Shown here piece after piece: positions 24,775 to 39,700 of a stretch of DNA of 64,000 nt. This stretch comes from Antedon mediterranea. Taxonomy: Eukaryota; Animalia; Echinodermata. The translations under genes were made by a program, and so were the position numbers. Where the stretch lies: NCBI RefSeq assembly GCF_964355755.1, contig NC_092680.1, positions 16,811,045 to 16,875,044 on the forward strand. The letters are read 5' to 3'. Each line of letters begins with the position of its first letter. The first letter of the stretch is position 1. The notes beneath the pieces were generated by a model. It ran no database searches. It worked only from the letters and a program-made list of their open reading frames with translations, and was not told where the DNA came from.

Positions 24775-27700
24775 TTAATCATTTTCATGCCCATTTTCCG
24801 AATGGTTATTAGTACCTTGATTTGAGATTTTTCGTTCTTTTAGCACCCGCTCAAAACATTCTTGCATAAACATAAACTGAAAGGATAGAAAGTAGCAACA
24901 TTTATATCATAAAATTATTATATCATTTTTATATTTTTTTCAGGAGCATTAGATAGAAGGGCAAAACAGCAATTTTAAATTTAGAGAATAACAAGTTTGA
25001 TAGGCGCTAAATTACAGGTAGGAAACACTAGCTGAGACAATAAAACTTTACTGCTGCTATAGAGTCCTCTCTTCGGGTAGGAAAAGAAATGTATGTTGGA
25101 CACACACAGCATGTGAATGATAAAAGTTATATTCTTTTGTTTAAATTGTATCCATTTGTTATGATTTTGAATCGAAGATAACCTTTGACCCATGTCTTTA
25201 GTTGTTTAGGCTTAGTAGTGAAAAGGATATCAAAGCATATTCTCATATTTTGCCTTTGGTCAGCATTTGGTAAGGATCTGCTTGCTTATGACTAGTAAAA
25301 TAAAACAGAGGGCGCACCTGCAAATCTCTCACAATTTCTGACTGGTTTATCCATTCAATAATTCAGACAATATAATATCAGATAATATGGCCCTTCTTGG
25401 TGCCAGTAAAATTAAACAATAACATTAAAGAGAGCTCTTTGTCTTATTTCTGGTTATATTTCATGCATCATCCTAATGACACATTACATGCATAATTATA
25501 ATACAAAAATGACTGACGTTGAAATACTCCTTCATGAGCATGTGAAGCTCCCCTTGGTCTACATATTGCGCTTCCAAGCACAGAGATATAAAAGCGACAA
25601 AATCTGATATATGATATCATAGTGCTGGAATTGTATAACTGAAGTTGTTATACATAAATTACATTTAAATTACTTATATAAAATGTGTCAGATTTTTACT
25701 ATTGCTAATTACTTTAACACTCTTATTTCTGTCTAAAACTGTTTCCAATTAATAATTTTGATACTGTGAAATTAGCTACATTAAATGAACAAATGAACTT
25801 GTTATTCATATTTGCATTGCTGAAATTGGTTGTAGAAATTGCAAAATAAAAAGTGTTCATTTTTCCACACATCCAACCAAAACATGGTTTTATAATTATT
25901 ATATTATTCAGTTCAGTTGGCCAAAAGCCAATTCAGACAACAATGACGAGGCTCAACAAAACGTCTTGACTTGTCAATGCTGTCAACGAGTCTTCTTGAG
26001 ATATAGTTTTTAGGTTGTTGTTGTTTTAAACTTGTTTAATTTTCTCCCGACAAAGTTGCCCTTAAGACAGCAGAATATATAACCTATCAAATCCACTTGT
26101 AGAATAAACTAATTCAAATAATAATAAAAATTGTATTAAAAATCTTTCCAGTATAAATAAACCAATTAATCAAAAACACCATACTCCTTTGATTCAAAAG
26201 CTTTATCACTGAAACAATAAATGTCAAAATAAATCAAACATCCCAATAAAAAGCTGGATATTTGAAAATTGAATCATAAGTCCGGATTTCTTTTAATGTT
26301 CTATAAAACAAATTGTTGTAAGCACAATATCTTGTAAAATTCTTTATATTCTTCTTGTTCTCTCTATGTTTTATAAATTTATAAAAAGGTGTGTGGCACA
26401 GTATGTTGGATTACTGATCGTGAGATGAAATCTTGGTTCAAATACAACTCTCGTCGCATTGCTTCCAAGTTTCAAGTATCCTTAGGCAAGAAGAAACTTT
26501 ACTTACGTTTGCCTCTCTCCACCCAGGTGTTATAAAATGGGTATGCGGGTAGGTTAAGACACAAATTGGAGTTGATTACTAGCTGAATTATGGGAGTATG
26601 TTTGTTTGATCCAAAAAAATTACTATGGTAATAATGTGAAGTGCTTAGAAGCAGTGCTATAAAACAACGAATATTATTATTATTTAGTTTTAACATTTTG
26701 AAATGATTACACTTTGAATTCAATTTATTTAGAACATGTCATATTCGAGTGCACTTACATATTGTGTGTGAACTCTGACCCATCTTGGCTTCTTCCCTTT
26801 CTTCTCATATTCAAATAAAAAAGCCATACCTTCTTCATCATTCTCAAACTGTTTTATTTCATCCCATTTGAACGTTGGTACTTGCTCCTAAGAAGAATAA
26901 ATAAAATATATTGTTTAAAACACTCTTTAAATCTGTATTTATTATTATATTCAATGTGCAAAGAAGCATATTATTAATGATCAATGTCTGTATTAACCAT
27001 TCACAACAGGCTAAGTGAATACGACTTAATGGAAATTCTTAAATCTTTATTGACTAAGTAATATTAGTCAAATACTTAATTTAAGGGAAATATCTCAATT
27101 AACTGTGATTAGTGAATACAGCCAGAGAATAAATTCAGATATAATAAAATCATGGTAGGTGAAATAAATCTTCAAAAATCTAGAAAATACACAGATAGTG
27201 AAAAAAGATACAGTTGCTTGAATATAAGTGGTAAAGACAAGACTGAAAAAGAAATATGATTGAAATTGAATTGAACATTATTATAAGTTGAATAAACAAC
27301 ATAGTGTAGAATAAGTGCCAGTGTTGACCAACTGATACAATTGAACAGCGTTTCATTACTACAGTAAAGAATACAAAAGTCAAAATTGTTATTGTAATTT
27401 ATAATCATAACTTAAAGACATTTATAACGCAAGCAAACCATTGTTGTTTTTAAACACTAAATTTTAGTCTTACATTTATATTAATTACCCACTTACGTAT
27501 TTCTCAGTAGCGTTAGATTTTAATAACCTCCTAAATCCGACTTATGCCAAAGGGAATACATAAAGAAATAATCCTGAGATTTGCATGCAATTCTCAAGAA
27601 ACAGTAAATCACTATTAAATAAGCAGCTTATGAAGAAGAAGCATGGCTGCATTGATGTGTATACTGTTATGATGTGCAAGTAGCACTGGTGAATAAGCAT

Positions 27701-30700
27701 GTTCTAATCAATATGCAGCATTGGTTAATAAGCATGTTCTAATCAATATGCAGCATTGGTTAATAAGCATGTTCTATTCAATATGTAGCACTGGTGAATA
27801 AGCATGTTCTAATCAATATGCAGCATTGGTTAATAAGCATGTTCTAATCAATATGCAGCATTGGTTAATAAGCATGTTCTAATCAATATGCAGCATTGGT
27901 TAATAAGCATGTTCTATTCAATATGCAGCATTGATTAATAAGCATGTTCTATTCAATAAGCAGCACTTGTGAATAAGCATGTTCTATTCAATATGCAGCA
28001 CTGGTGAATAAGCATGTTCTAATCAATATGCAGCATTGGTGAATAAGCATGTTCTATTCAATATGCAGCACTGGTGAATAAGCATGTTCTATTCAATATG
28101 CAGCATTGGTTAATAAGCATGTTCTAATCAATATGCAGCACTGGTGAATAAGCATGTTCTAATCAATATGCAGCACTGGTGAATAAGCATGTTCTAATCA
28201 ATATGCAGCATTGGTGAATAAGCATGTTCTATTCAATATGCAGCACTGGTGAATAAGCATGTTCTATTCAATATGCAGCATTGGTGAATAAGCATGTTCT
28301 ATTCAATATGTAGCACTGGTGAATAAGCATGTTCTAATCAATATGCAGCACTGGTGAATAAGCATGTTCTATTCAATAAAGCAGCACTGGTGAATAAGAA
28401 TGTTCTATTCAATAAGCAGCATTGATTAATAAGCATGTTCTATTCAATATGCAGCATTGGTGAATAAGCATGTTCTATTCAATAAGCAGCACTGGTGAAT
28501 AAGCATGTTCTATTCAATATGCAGCACTGGTGAATAAGCATGTTCTATTCAATATGCAGCACTGGTGAATAAGCATGTTCTATTCAATATGTAGCACTGG
28601 TGAATAAGCATGTTCTAATCAATAAGCAGCACTGGTGAATAAGCATGTTCTATTCAATATGCAGCACTGGTGAATAAGCATGTTCTATTCAATATGCAGC
28701 ATTGGTGAATGAGCATGTTCTATTCAATATGCAGCACTGGTGAATAAGCATGTTCTATTCAATATGCAGCACTGGTGAATAAGCATGTTCTATTCAATAT
28801 GCAGCACTGGTGAATAAGCATGTTCTATTCAATATGTAGCACTGGTGAATAAGCATGTTCTAATCAATAAGCAGCACTGGTGAATAAGCATGTTCTAATC
28901 AATAAGCAGCACTGGTGAATAAGCATGTTCTATTCAATATGCAGCACTGGTGAATAAGTATGTTCTATTCAATATGTAGCACTGGTGAATAAGCATGTTC
29001 TATTCAATATGCAGCACTGGTGAATAAGCATGTTCTATTCAATATGTAGCACTGGTGAATAAGCATGTTCTAATCAATAAGCAGCACTGGTGAATAAGCA
29101 TGTTCTAATCAATATGCAGCACTGGTGAATAAGCGTGTTCTAATCAATAAGCAGCACTGGTGAATAAGCATGTTCTAATCAATAAGCAGCATTGGTTAAT
29201 AAGCATGTTCTATTCAATAAGCAGCACTGGTGAATAAGCATGTTCTATTCAATATGTAGCACTGGTGAATAAGCATGTTCTAATCAATAAGCAGCACTGG
29301 TGAATAAGCATGTTCTATTCAATATGTAGCACTGGTGAATAAGCATGTTCTAATCAATAAGCAGCACTGGTGAATAAGCATGTTCTAATCAATATGCAGC
29401 ACTGGTGAATAAGCATGTTCTATTCAATATGCAGCACTGGTGAATAAGCGTGTTCTAATCAATAAGCAGCACTGGTGAATAAGCATGTTCTAATCAATAT
29501 GCAGCACTGGTGAATAAGCGTGTTCTAATCAATATGCAGCACTGGTGAATAAGCGTGTTCTAATCAATAAGCAGCACTGGTGAATAAGCATGTTCTAATC
29601 AATATGCAGCACTGGTGAATAAGCGTGTTCTAATCAATAAGCAGCACTGGTGAATAAGCATGTTCTAATCAATATGCAGCACTGGTGAATAAGCATGTTC
29701 TAATCAATATGCAGCACTGGTGAATAAGCATGTTCTAATCAATAAGCAGCACTGGTGAATAAGCATGTTCTAATCAATAAGCAGCACTGGTGAATAAGCA
29801 TGTTCTATTCAATAAGCAGCACTGGTGAATAAGCATGTTCTATTCAATATGTAGCACTGGTGAATAAGCATGTTCTAATCAATATGCAGCATTGGTTAAT
29901 AAGCATGTTCTAATCAATATGCAGCACTGGTGAATAAGCATGTTCTAATCAATATGCAGCATTGGTGAATAAGCATGTTCTAATCAATATGCAGCATTGG
30001 TGAATAAGCATGTTCTAATCAATATGCAGCAATGGTGAATAAATTCTATTCAATAAGCAGCACTGGTGAATAAAATGTTCTATTCAATTACATTTTTTTA
30101 TAGTAGATTTTATAAGGGTTTTTTTTATATTGGTTTTCTTGTTAATATTCTTTCATCATTAATCATATATATTTTTTGACAGTACTTTATTTTTATTAGT
30201 ATATTTAAACGAAACATGACATAACTAATAAAATGGATATGTTGACTTTATATGATTTTATGCTCTAGCGAACACAGAATATTCGCCGTCCTCCCCAAAC
30301 TGATGTGTTTCGTAAAGTCCCTATTAGGTGATGGTAAAGGACTAGAAAGGTATTTTAGTATCCTCTAGATATGTACTCACTTCAATAACACCTTCTTCAG
30401 TACAAGCCTGTAACCGGAATGTTTCAAGGTTGATAATCGGTACAACATGTCCACTCTTACGGGCATCACATGGGCAATGCGGGAATGCCAAATCCCCATA
30501 GCCTTTACATTGCCTCACAACTTTTAAATACTAATAAAAACATCAAAAATAGTTTTATTATTAATTATTGGTATATAATGTGGAAGGAAATTAGCATGGG
30601 TTGAGTATGAAATCTACACTAATGCATGTTTTCTGTTCATTAATTGTTATTTGTTCAACAAAAATGTCTGGGGCTTCTAAAGGGCCAATGAAGCTCTATA

Positions 30701-33700
30701 GTGCTCAAGCCAGAAGTTCTATAGTAGCTTAAAATCTACAGTATGTTCAGTACAATTAGTTAAAATTCATATAAACTCAATCTCACACATCACTATACAG
30801 TACATGGTGTTGAGAATAAAAAGCTTGTTCAGTATTTTAAATTGTTTTTTAATTATTATTATTATGTTCTGAAATATTGGGGAAAATTTCTTGCGTGGTA
30901 TGGAATTGTCGAAAACATTTACAACAAGAAACTTGACAATTTAAAATTGGAAGGTTAAACAATCAATTACTAATTGAGATATTTTGCAAAATCCAACAGA
31001 AAAAAATCCAGAAAAGACAATGCTTGAGGGTGTTATACTTTATAGTGTTGCTTCAAGGGGTTATTTACTAAATAGAAATTTTTCTACTTTACTATAAATC
31101 TGACAAAATAAGAACAAAATATGACACTTACTTTAATTACACACATACCTGTAGTTTTTGATCTTTTTCTTGAAATTGTGTTAGTTCACTTAACCTATCT
31201 TCTGGATCAATTCTTTCTTTACTAACATCATCTATGGCCTTTAAAGATAAAATAAAATATCATTAAAGATAATTATATTACCTGCCTAATTGGCTTTTTA
31301 CTTTAGCAGAAAAAAGCCATGTTATGAATTTGTCAGATCTAGAAAAACATCATCTATTTATTAATTAATATTGGCTAAGTGGTGGGTATCAAGCTTGCAA
31401 GCAACTCTGTACAAGTTCAATAGTTCAAATTATCGCATCACAATTTTCCTTCAAACCAACACTATGCCAATCAAAGTCTATTAATATTCATATTACTGTA
31501 TATAGGCCTACAATTGATTTGTTTTTGCATTTAACTGCCTATCTCTGTTGAATGAGGTACTGTAGGTATAAAATACAGTAGATTGACCAACAAAGCGTTG
31601 CCTTAAAAGGAGTGTCTCCTCCATAATGTATTTCCCCTCGATCATTTCAAAAGTTTCTCCCAAATATGATTGGGGGGGGGGGGGGGGCGGTTTCTATTGT
31701 AACAAAGATTTAAATATTATACTGTCCAGCAGGTCTTGCGGAAATAAAATAAATTTAAATTATTATTAAATATGTCAGCATATCTGAAATTTCAAATAAA
31801 ATAAATGATTATTTAATATGCAGTGTTCAAATTAATAATGTATTATTAAAAAGGTTTTAATGATTATCTTTCAGGTCACAGGGTGACCTATCTCCATACT
31901 TAAATACTGTGTTTCAATTCGTCTCATTAAGATTACGTCAAGTAGTTATGTTCGCGGTCTAATTGTACGTGATACGTGCACAGACATGATGCACGGTAGA
32001 TCTTCATTACACAACACGTAAAGAGACAGGCAGGAGAAGCCATTAATATATTTCAGAAAATTGTGTGTAGCAGGCAATGCACACTGACACTCTACATGCC
32101 TAAACTCTATTCTATGCTAAAACCCATTGATTACACTTCATTTTAGTAACATAATAAATGTGTTTATGATTAAATTTTGAAGCTGTAGTGTAAAGGTCAA
32201 CTTCTTGATCGTTAGTTTTTAGTACTATTTAAGCAAAAGTAAAAACCCTGTATTAACAATAAACTACAGATGAATATTTTTTTTCAGTAATATTTATAAT
32301 TATTAAATATTCCCTATAGTAATAATAATAATAAAAACTTTATTTAATCACGGTAACACTTGTTCACCTCAATGGTGTTTTTCGACAAGGCCGTAAGACA
32401 TACACAAATCAAATTTAACAAAACAATTAACAACAAGAGTTTATCTTAATTTACACTTAAATTAGAATAAATTAGAATTTTACAATAGATTGTAAAAGCC
32501 AAATTTACAAAAGAATAAACATCAAAATGAACAGAGCATAAGTCTATTTTTACTTAAATAATTAAACTTAATACTATAGATATTAATTAAATTATTAATA
32601 AGAATTTAACTAAAAACTGAAAATCTTAATTTACACATCTACATTAATATTAAATTACAGTAAAATAAATTAGAAATTTTAAAATTTGTGAAATCCAAAT
32701 CATACAAAAGAGTGAACACCAAGATTAACGTTAAGAAAGTAATTACTTACAAATAAATGCACCTGCATATTAACCTATTGAATTGAAATAGTTAGTGAAT
32801 GAATATTGATACTGAATTATATTAATATTTGATGTAATCATCAGGTTAAGCAAATTAATATTTTTGGTAATTCCCATTTTACTATATAATATTTAATAAT
32901 AATATAATTAAATACACAATGTACAATTAAAAATAAATAAAATAAATAATGTCCAATCAGTTATATATGAAACTGAGATGATGAGTTTGGAAGTAATATT
33001 TTGATTTATTTGATCATTATTAAATTGAATATTAGGTGGTAAAAACACATATTTAATTACCTTTGACAATGAATTGATATTTTACACATTGCTTATTATT
33101 ATTAATAAACAATATATTCATATTAAAAAAGCTGATACACTGTAGATCGGAACATTTTAGTGTATCCGTGTAGTTTTATATAATATTAATCATTTTTGTA
33201 CAAATACTACAATTCAGCGTTTTTCATGTATTTTTTTATGATTGAATAAAAAATATACCATATATATCCACTTACAAAATAGAAATTTTGTAAATATCTA
33301 TTGCATTCTCTTAAGATTGCTTGCATAGGAATAGTTATTCTAAATGCCAAGGTCCAAAAACATAAGACAGACAAAATAATGAGACGTTCTCAGAGGAAAT
33401 GAGAAAGGCTATAGAAGTAATAGACAAAATAATGAAGACATCTTTTTAGTCCCATATTATGATTCTTTTTCAAATCTTTATGACCAAATGAATATTCAGT
33501 ACAATCACAATTCAAAAGAGTCTCCCTCAAAGTGTTCTGCAATGTGACTGACACACTTTTAAATCGAGAACCCTTAAACATAATATATTTTTACTAACTC
33601 TACCCTAAATCTTCATGACAGAGTCTAGATCCTTTAGATAATTATTACCAGTTTGATATTGGGTCCTCATTTTTTTGTTTATCACTTGATTGATAAATGC

Positions 33701-36700
33701 CAGTCCAGCTCATACAGTAGCAACAGGCTATTTTAAAATGCACAGAATTTTAGTAGGCTAGTGAAACCCACTAGCACAAATCATTTTCCAATACTCACTG
33801 AAATTCGTATTGCTTTAATATAGTACACCATAGAGTAATAGTTCACTATAATATCTCTATGAGTACACACACAAAGAGGCCTACCTAGTGTACCCTTGCA
33901 TTTGATTTATTTTGTATTCTGTCACATGTCATTATTTTCTCTTTTTATTAATGATGCTCAACTTATTGTGAATATTTTGAAAATGTTGTTTATGGCTCAT
34001 GGAACAGGTTTTCGCGTTTTAAGTTCATGGACAAGGCTTTTGTGTGTTAGGCTCATGGACGAGTTGTTGCGTGTTAGGCTCATGGACGAGGCGAAATAAA
34101 GGATTAACTGTAGTGTGTGCTTATTCTACGATGCAGCTAAATTCTGAGCCATTTTTAAATGGGCCTAACCTTCAAGATGGAAGTGGCGGTCTAATTAAAT
34201 TAATTAAAAATTTAATTCTTTAATATCCTAGCCAACTATTTTATTTAACTCGGCTGTCTCATAGAATTGAACAATGTATTAAACTTGGCTTATGATTCAG
34301 GTCCAGAGGTAAATATCAATAATTTTCGTGTAACAGACGATAAAAGAATCATGAAATATTCTCCCCCATTCAACTCATTATGTACATTCGTAGTGTATAA
34401 CATTTATGGTCCCTCTTCTCAATGTGAATAATGCTTTTTACCTGTATTTGAATTGAAATATTTTATTTATACTGGCTGACTTCTTCAGTCAAAGACTGGT
34501 CTCCCAGAGGGCCCAGTTAAGATCAGTGGCTGTGATGTACTAGTACACCGGGGTAATCCCCTATTTGTCTTGAAGATATACTAGATTCTTTAAAGTGCAC
34601 ACAAGCTAGATGTGTACACTGGTCCTACGGTTTATAGTCCTTATCCGAGAAGACTCATTCTACCACCAGAACCACGGAGTGAGTGAGCTTCGAACCCCTG
34701 CCAATGTTATGGCTACGTAATTACGGTTCCACTGTCTTAATTGCTTGGCCACACACTCAATAATGTTTTATATTTATATAGTAAATTGTCCTTTAATGTA
34801 AAGCACTCATATAATTCAGCATCAGCTGCCAATTGCTACTTTCTTTCTATACCACAATAAAATAAAATAAATAAACCATCTTTTATCAAATTGTGAACGA
34901 TCGACCTGTTTTTTTTTTGTGCTTAGAATCTAAACTATATAACTTTATACAAAACTTTACATTTGTCAATGTGTGAATTAGATATTACAAATGCTCAAAT
35001 TATAAAACTAGCATATAGCAAAAGAAAGGAAATAGGTACTTAAAGTTCTTAGCTGATCATGATTTTTATACTTTCCAATACTTTAAAGATAACATAAAAC
35101 GGTTCAAATGTTTCAGTATCTATAAATATACAACATAATTAAGTTTTGCAAATCCTAGCTTTAAGCTAAGATTAAGAACGACTTAGCTGTCTTAATTCTA
35201 AGTAGAAAAGAAGATATTATGGAGTAATGTAATCTAAATTCTATCAGATTTTTCAAAGTATGACGTAAACTTTAACCTTATTTTCAAACATCATACTTGC
35301 AAACTATAGCCCCACTATAAACGTGAAAATGGTTTTAATAAATGCATGCAATATTTCAAACATATTTTAAAACCAGTATCTGCAGTCCACATTATGCAGT
35401 TCAGGATGGAATACAAAAACTTTTAAGAATCTGATTCTACCCTGAGCGGAATTCCGCTTAATCGATCGCTCCTCGTTCTGTGTACACAGTCAGAATAGAA
35501 ACAACATAGATTCTATTTTTTTAGTTTTTACTTACCGTTGACCTTTGACCTTAAGAGTAATATCAATAAGTTGGAAAATAATTTTATATTTGTGCAAAAT
35601 AAGGTGAAAGGTCACCGTCACGGACTGAGATAAAACAAAACACTGGGGTAACCCACTACTCTAGGAAGATGGACTGGATGGCTATTTGATTTTCACCTTA
35701 ATTGATATCATTCAACAAAGCCTGTTGACAAAATGATGCGCAAGCAGCTAGGCTTGAGATTATTGTAGAAACCTACCTGCCAATATAGGAAATCCATGGC
35801 TATTGCATCATGATTAAGAAACAGTTCTTGTTGAGGAGAGAATACCCACTTTCTAAGGCATATTCCAACCGAGCTTGTCGATGAATAGTTCTGGATCTGA
35901 ATATTGTGGGGGAATTCTGTTGGGCTTAACTTGCGTTCTGAAAACGAAAACAAATGGCATAGGATTATCATGACAATAACAGATAAAAGCCACAAGGAAT
36001 TATGTAATTATTATAATATAAGCCATCATTTATAAGTAAATACCACAGACATTGCGCCACAATTGTGACATTGTACCAACGTTTTTAGACACGTTTTGCC
36101 TTAATTACCTAATTAAAACTTGTTATTAATATCCATTTTTTATTTACCTACAGTATACATAATTGTCAGAAAGGCTTATTTAAAACCAACTAAAAAGCCA
36201 GTTTTGCTTAATTATGATTTTATTTAAATGCCGTACATTATGATATTGAATTATATTTTTTGTCTGAACTAAATGAGATATGATCAAATTTATACAATAC
36301 AATACGTACATGAATTGTGAAAATTGTGATAAAAAATACTTAACGATAAAATGCAATCTGCTGTGTGCTAGTAATTTATGATCTTTGACAAAAGTAGTTA
36401 TTACTTTGTAGAACCTTAAAGGACATCTTGACTGAGGACCATATTTTAACAACATATTAGGGATGTACATATGATTTTAGAACAATCACGAGATTAAGGA
36501 TATCGCCGCACGCGCTCGCCGTACAGCCGTAAATTGCTGTGTCGTCACAGGTGCATCGCAAAATTTACGTCATTTTCTGGCAAAGTCTAACAAATCACGA
36601 AAATTTCTAGTAAACACACTTTGTAAATAAATTTTTTAATCGTTTCTTTTGCTTATCTGGACTCATTAAATAGGTTTTGCGATGTACATGTGACGTCACA

Positions 36701-39700
36701 GCAATTTACGGCGACGGCGAGCACATGCGGCGATATCCTTAATCTCGTAATTGTTCTGAAATCATATGTACATCCCTAATACGTTCTAATGGTCCTCGGT
36801 CAAGTTCTCTTTTAATATTATAGTAAAATAGTTACTGTACTATATTATCAATACAATTTTTTATTATTTCATTTCCCAAAACACAAAAGGCCACCTGTGG
36901 CTGTGGCTACAATACAAAAAAAGGTTCTCAAAATGTATCAATGTTCGTATAAAAAAAATTACAAAGGATGTTGATAATTAATTATTGTTTAAATTAAATG
37001 TTTCCTTCTAATGTAATTGCAAAAAGAAGACAGAATATTAAACAAATAATTCAAAAAATAGTTCATATCAAGTTGGATTCCATTATCTATAATTCATACA
37101 ATGTATTAACATTCAGTAACATTCATTTATCTGCTTGAATTGACTACTGTATATATTATTATGTAGTATGACATACTGTATTCAAGACTGTGTAACTAAA
37201 GCAAGTATACTACCACATTTTAATAAACAATGTAAAAAAACACACAAGGCATACAGTACATGATAGAATACAATCTCAGGTAGCTCTCATTTGTAGAGCT
37301 CTTCATTCATGTTACCTCTACCATGTATCGAAAAGAAATGATGTGTTGGGATTCTCTCTCTCACTTAAGGGCAGGGTTCATGGAATGTACCATTATCTGA
37401 TAGGGATCTTTAATCAAATTGTATATATTCAAGTTGTAGCTCTCTTCTCGGAGAGAATAGGCTAATGTCGGTTTATCCAGGTAAGCTAGGCACAAATTAG
37501 ACGATAAGATACTTGTTGTAAAATGTAGTACAAAAAACATTGGTACTGTATTTTACATGTAAAAATATTAGGTTAAGCCTGGTTTCCATAAAATCGCTAC
37601 ACGACAGAGCGTAGCGATTCTATGGAAATGCCAGAATTTATTGCTAAATATTCTTTGGTACGCGTATACGATTCATCGCCGACAAAATTGGCAAAGTTGA
37701 ACATGGTTGAACTTTGCCGAATTGACTGCGATGAATCGGGGAGCCTTCCCGATTGCGTCGGCGACATCATTTTAATGGAAACGCTGTAGCAACGGTGTAG
37801 CGATTTTATGGAAACCAGGCTTTAAAGGGGGATTCTGGATTTAAAATTGCTTTTAAATATCGTTTATTTATTAAATAAAAAAAAATATAACAATATAGAC
37901 ATGTCAGAATGAAGAAGTAATAACGAGAAATTTAAAAAATTTAATTTCATATACATTTTAGGGTAAATTCATGGAAAGTCTGTTTTTCAGCAGCTTAGGG
38001 AAGCTCATTAATATTCATGAGATATTCACAAAATCACGTCACCAGTGGATTCCAAACTCGCGACGTCATGTACGTTGTGTTTGTCAACTAGGCCTAATTT
38101 ACATCTCTCTTCCCTGTCAAACGACGACCACCCGATCATTGTGAAATACATTTTTTGTAGATTTTCTAAGCTAGGCCTAAAGTGTAATAATAAGGCCAAA
38201 TAAAAAAACATACTTGTTAAGCGTCACCGCCCGCTCCTGATTATCCAGCCGCCTCTCTTTTTATTTTTATTTTTTTTTTACCGATATACAACGGAAAGTT
38301 CAGCGGCCCGACCCAGCTCCAGAGTAGGGCTCGAAATTCACGCTAGCAAACTAGCATTTTGCTAGTAGATTCTTCATAATTGCTATTTGAAAATTTCAAA
38401 ACTAGCAAATGTTTGTTAGGCTAGTGTAATTTTTGAAAAAATACATACTTTTTACTAGCTTAGACAACGCTAGCCGCCGATCGCTCTATGTCGACAACGG
38501 CAAATTGGTGAAAACAATTGTTTCATTTACACGCCGCTGATTTACGTAAAGGAAACGCGAATAGCACCGTGAATCATGTAATGTGGTAAACAGCAAGCTT
38601 TTTCCCCAACACATTAAATCATGTGCATTTAGTACGTCGCTGAGGATTACATCATCAGTCACGTGATTACAGAATACGCGATTATCAATTTAGGGATTTA
38701 ACGAAATAAATATTTTGCCTACACAGTGGTCGAAGCGCGTTTTTTTATAGGTTCGTAAATAGGAAACACCCCATACATAATGGACTCTACCAATTTTGTT
38801 TACGATGATCTCGCGCTCGAGATCGGCACACCACGAGGTCCTGTTGGGCGATGGGTTTCCTTATGCCTGGTTTACCTGCCTGGAATAATTACATACACTT
38901 TTTGCATCACAACTTTAAATACTGATTTACACAGCAATTGGCAAAGGATTCATCAAAGAAGAATGAATACGTTGAATAAAAATTCACTTAAGAAATGCCG
39001 TAAGCTGTTTTCAAACTATAAATCAGCCCACTATTTAGTATTATTGAGACCAAATCATGCTTCTCGCGATAGGGAATTTCCTGGATAGATGAGTCGAGCG
39101 AGAGACGGCGGATGGCCGATGAGTGAGGTTGGGGTAGCACCTTGGACGGATTAGTTAGCCTAAGGCCTACAATTTCGCTTGGTGGCAATTAAATTTAATG
39201 TTTTAATTACGTCTGGATATAAACAATACAAAACTCAATTTTGTCATAAGCAATAATATTTCATACATAGTCAATTTTGTTCTGTTTCGCATTTTAAAAG
39301 TTTGACGTTTCGTCCTAAAAAAGTGGGGCAAAACGTCCACCGCGCAAAAATATACCTCTATAAAAAGTAAAAAAAAAAAAAAAAAAAACCGTCCCCCCGC
39401 CCCTGAAAATTTATGAGGGTGTGACGCTTAACAAGTATATTTTTTTATTTGGCCTAACAGTAGTAGCATATATTTATTTGACATTTAATGAAATACAAAA
39501 TTTAGTACAGATTACGGAGTCATAAAGTATACTATTTTTATACCTCTATAGTACAGATCGTATTATCGGCTTCACGTACAATACTACTCTAGGCCTAGCC
39601 TAATGGGCGAGAGCCATTCTGACTATAGGGATTCCATGCCACGATGGCTACGTTAAAACAATGGGGCCCATGGGCCTAGCTAGCCTAGTACTACTACTAG

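Noticed and set aside
25519-25558. Possible extra SNX27 exon (gtag|ACCAAG...TTCAAC|gtcagt)
   Set aside because: It is 40 nt and would shift the frame, the sites are weak, and exons 10 and 11 already join in frame with the expected sequence.
27680-30088. 35-bp repeats of CRISPR-like length
   Set aside because: Units are contiguous with no unique spacers, there are no cas genes, and the array lies in a eukaryotic intron. It is a minisatellite.
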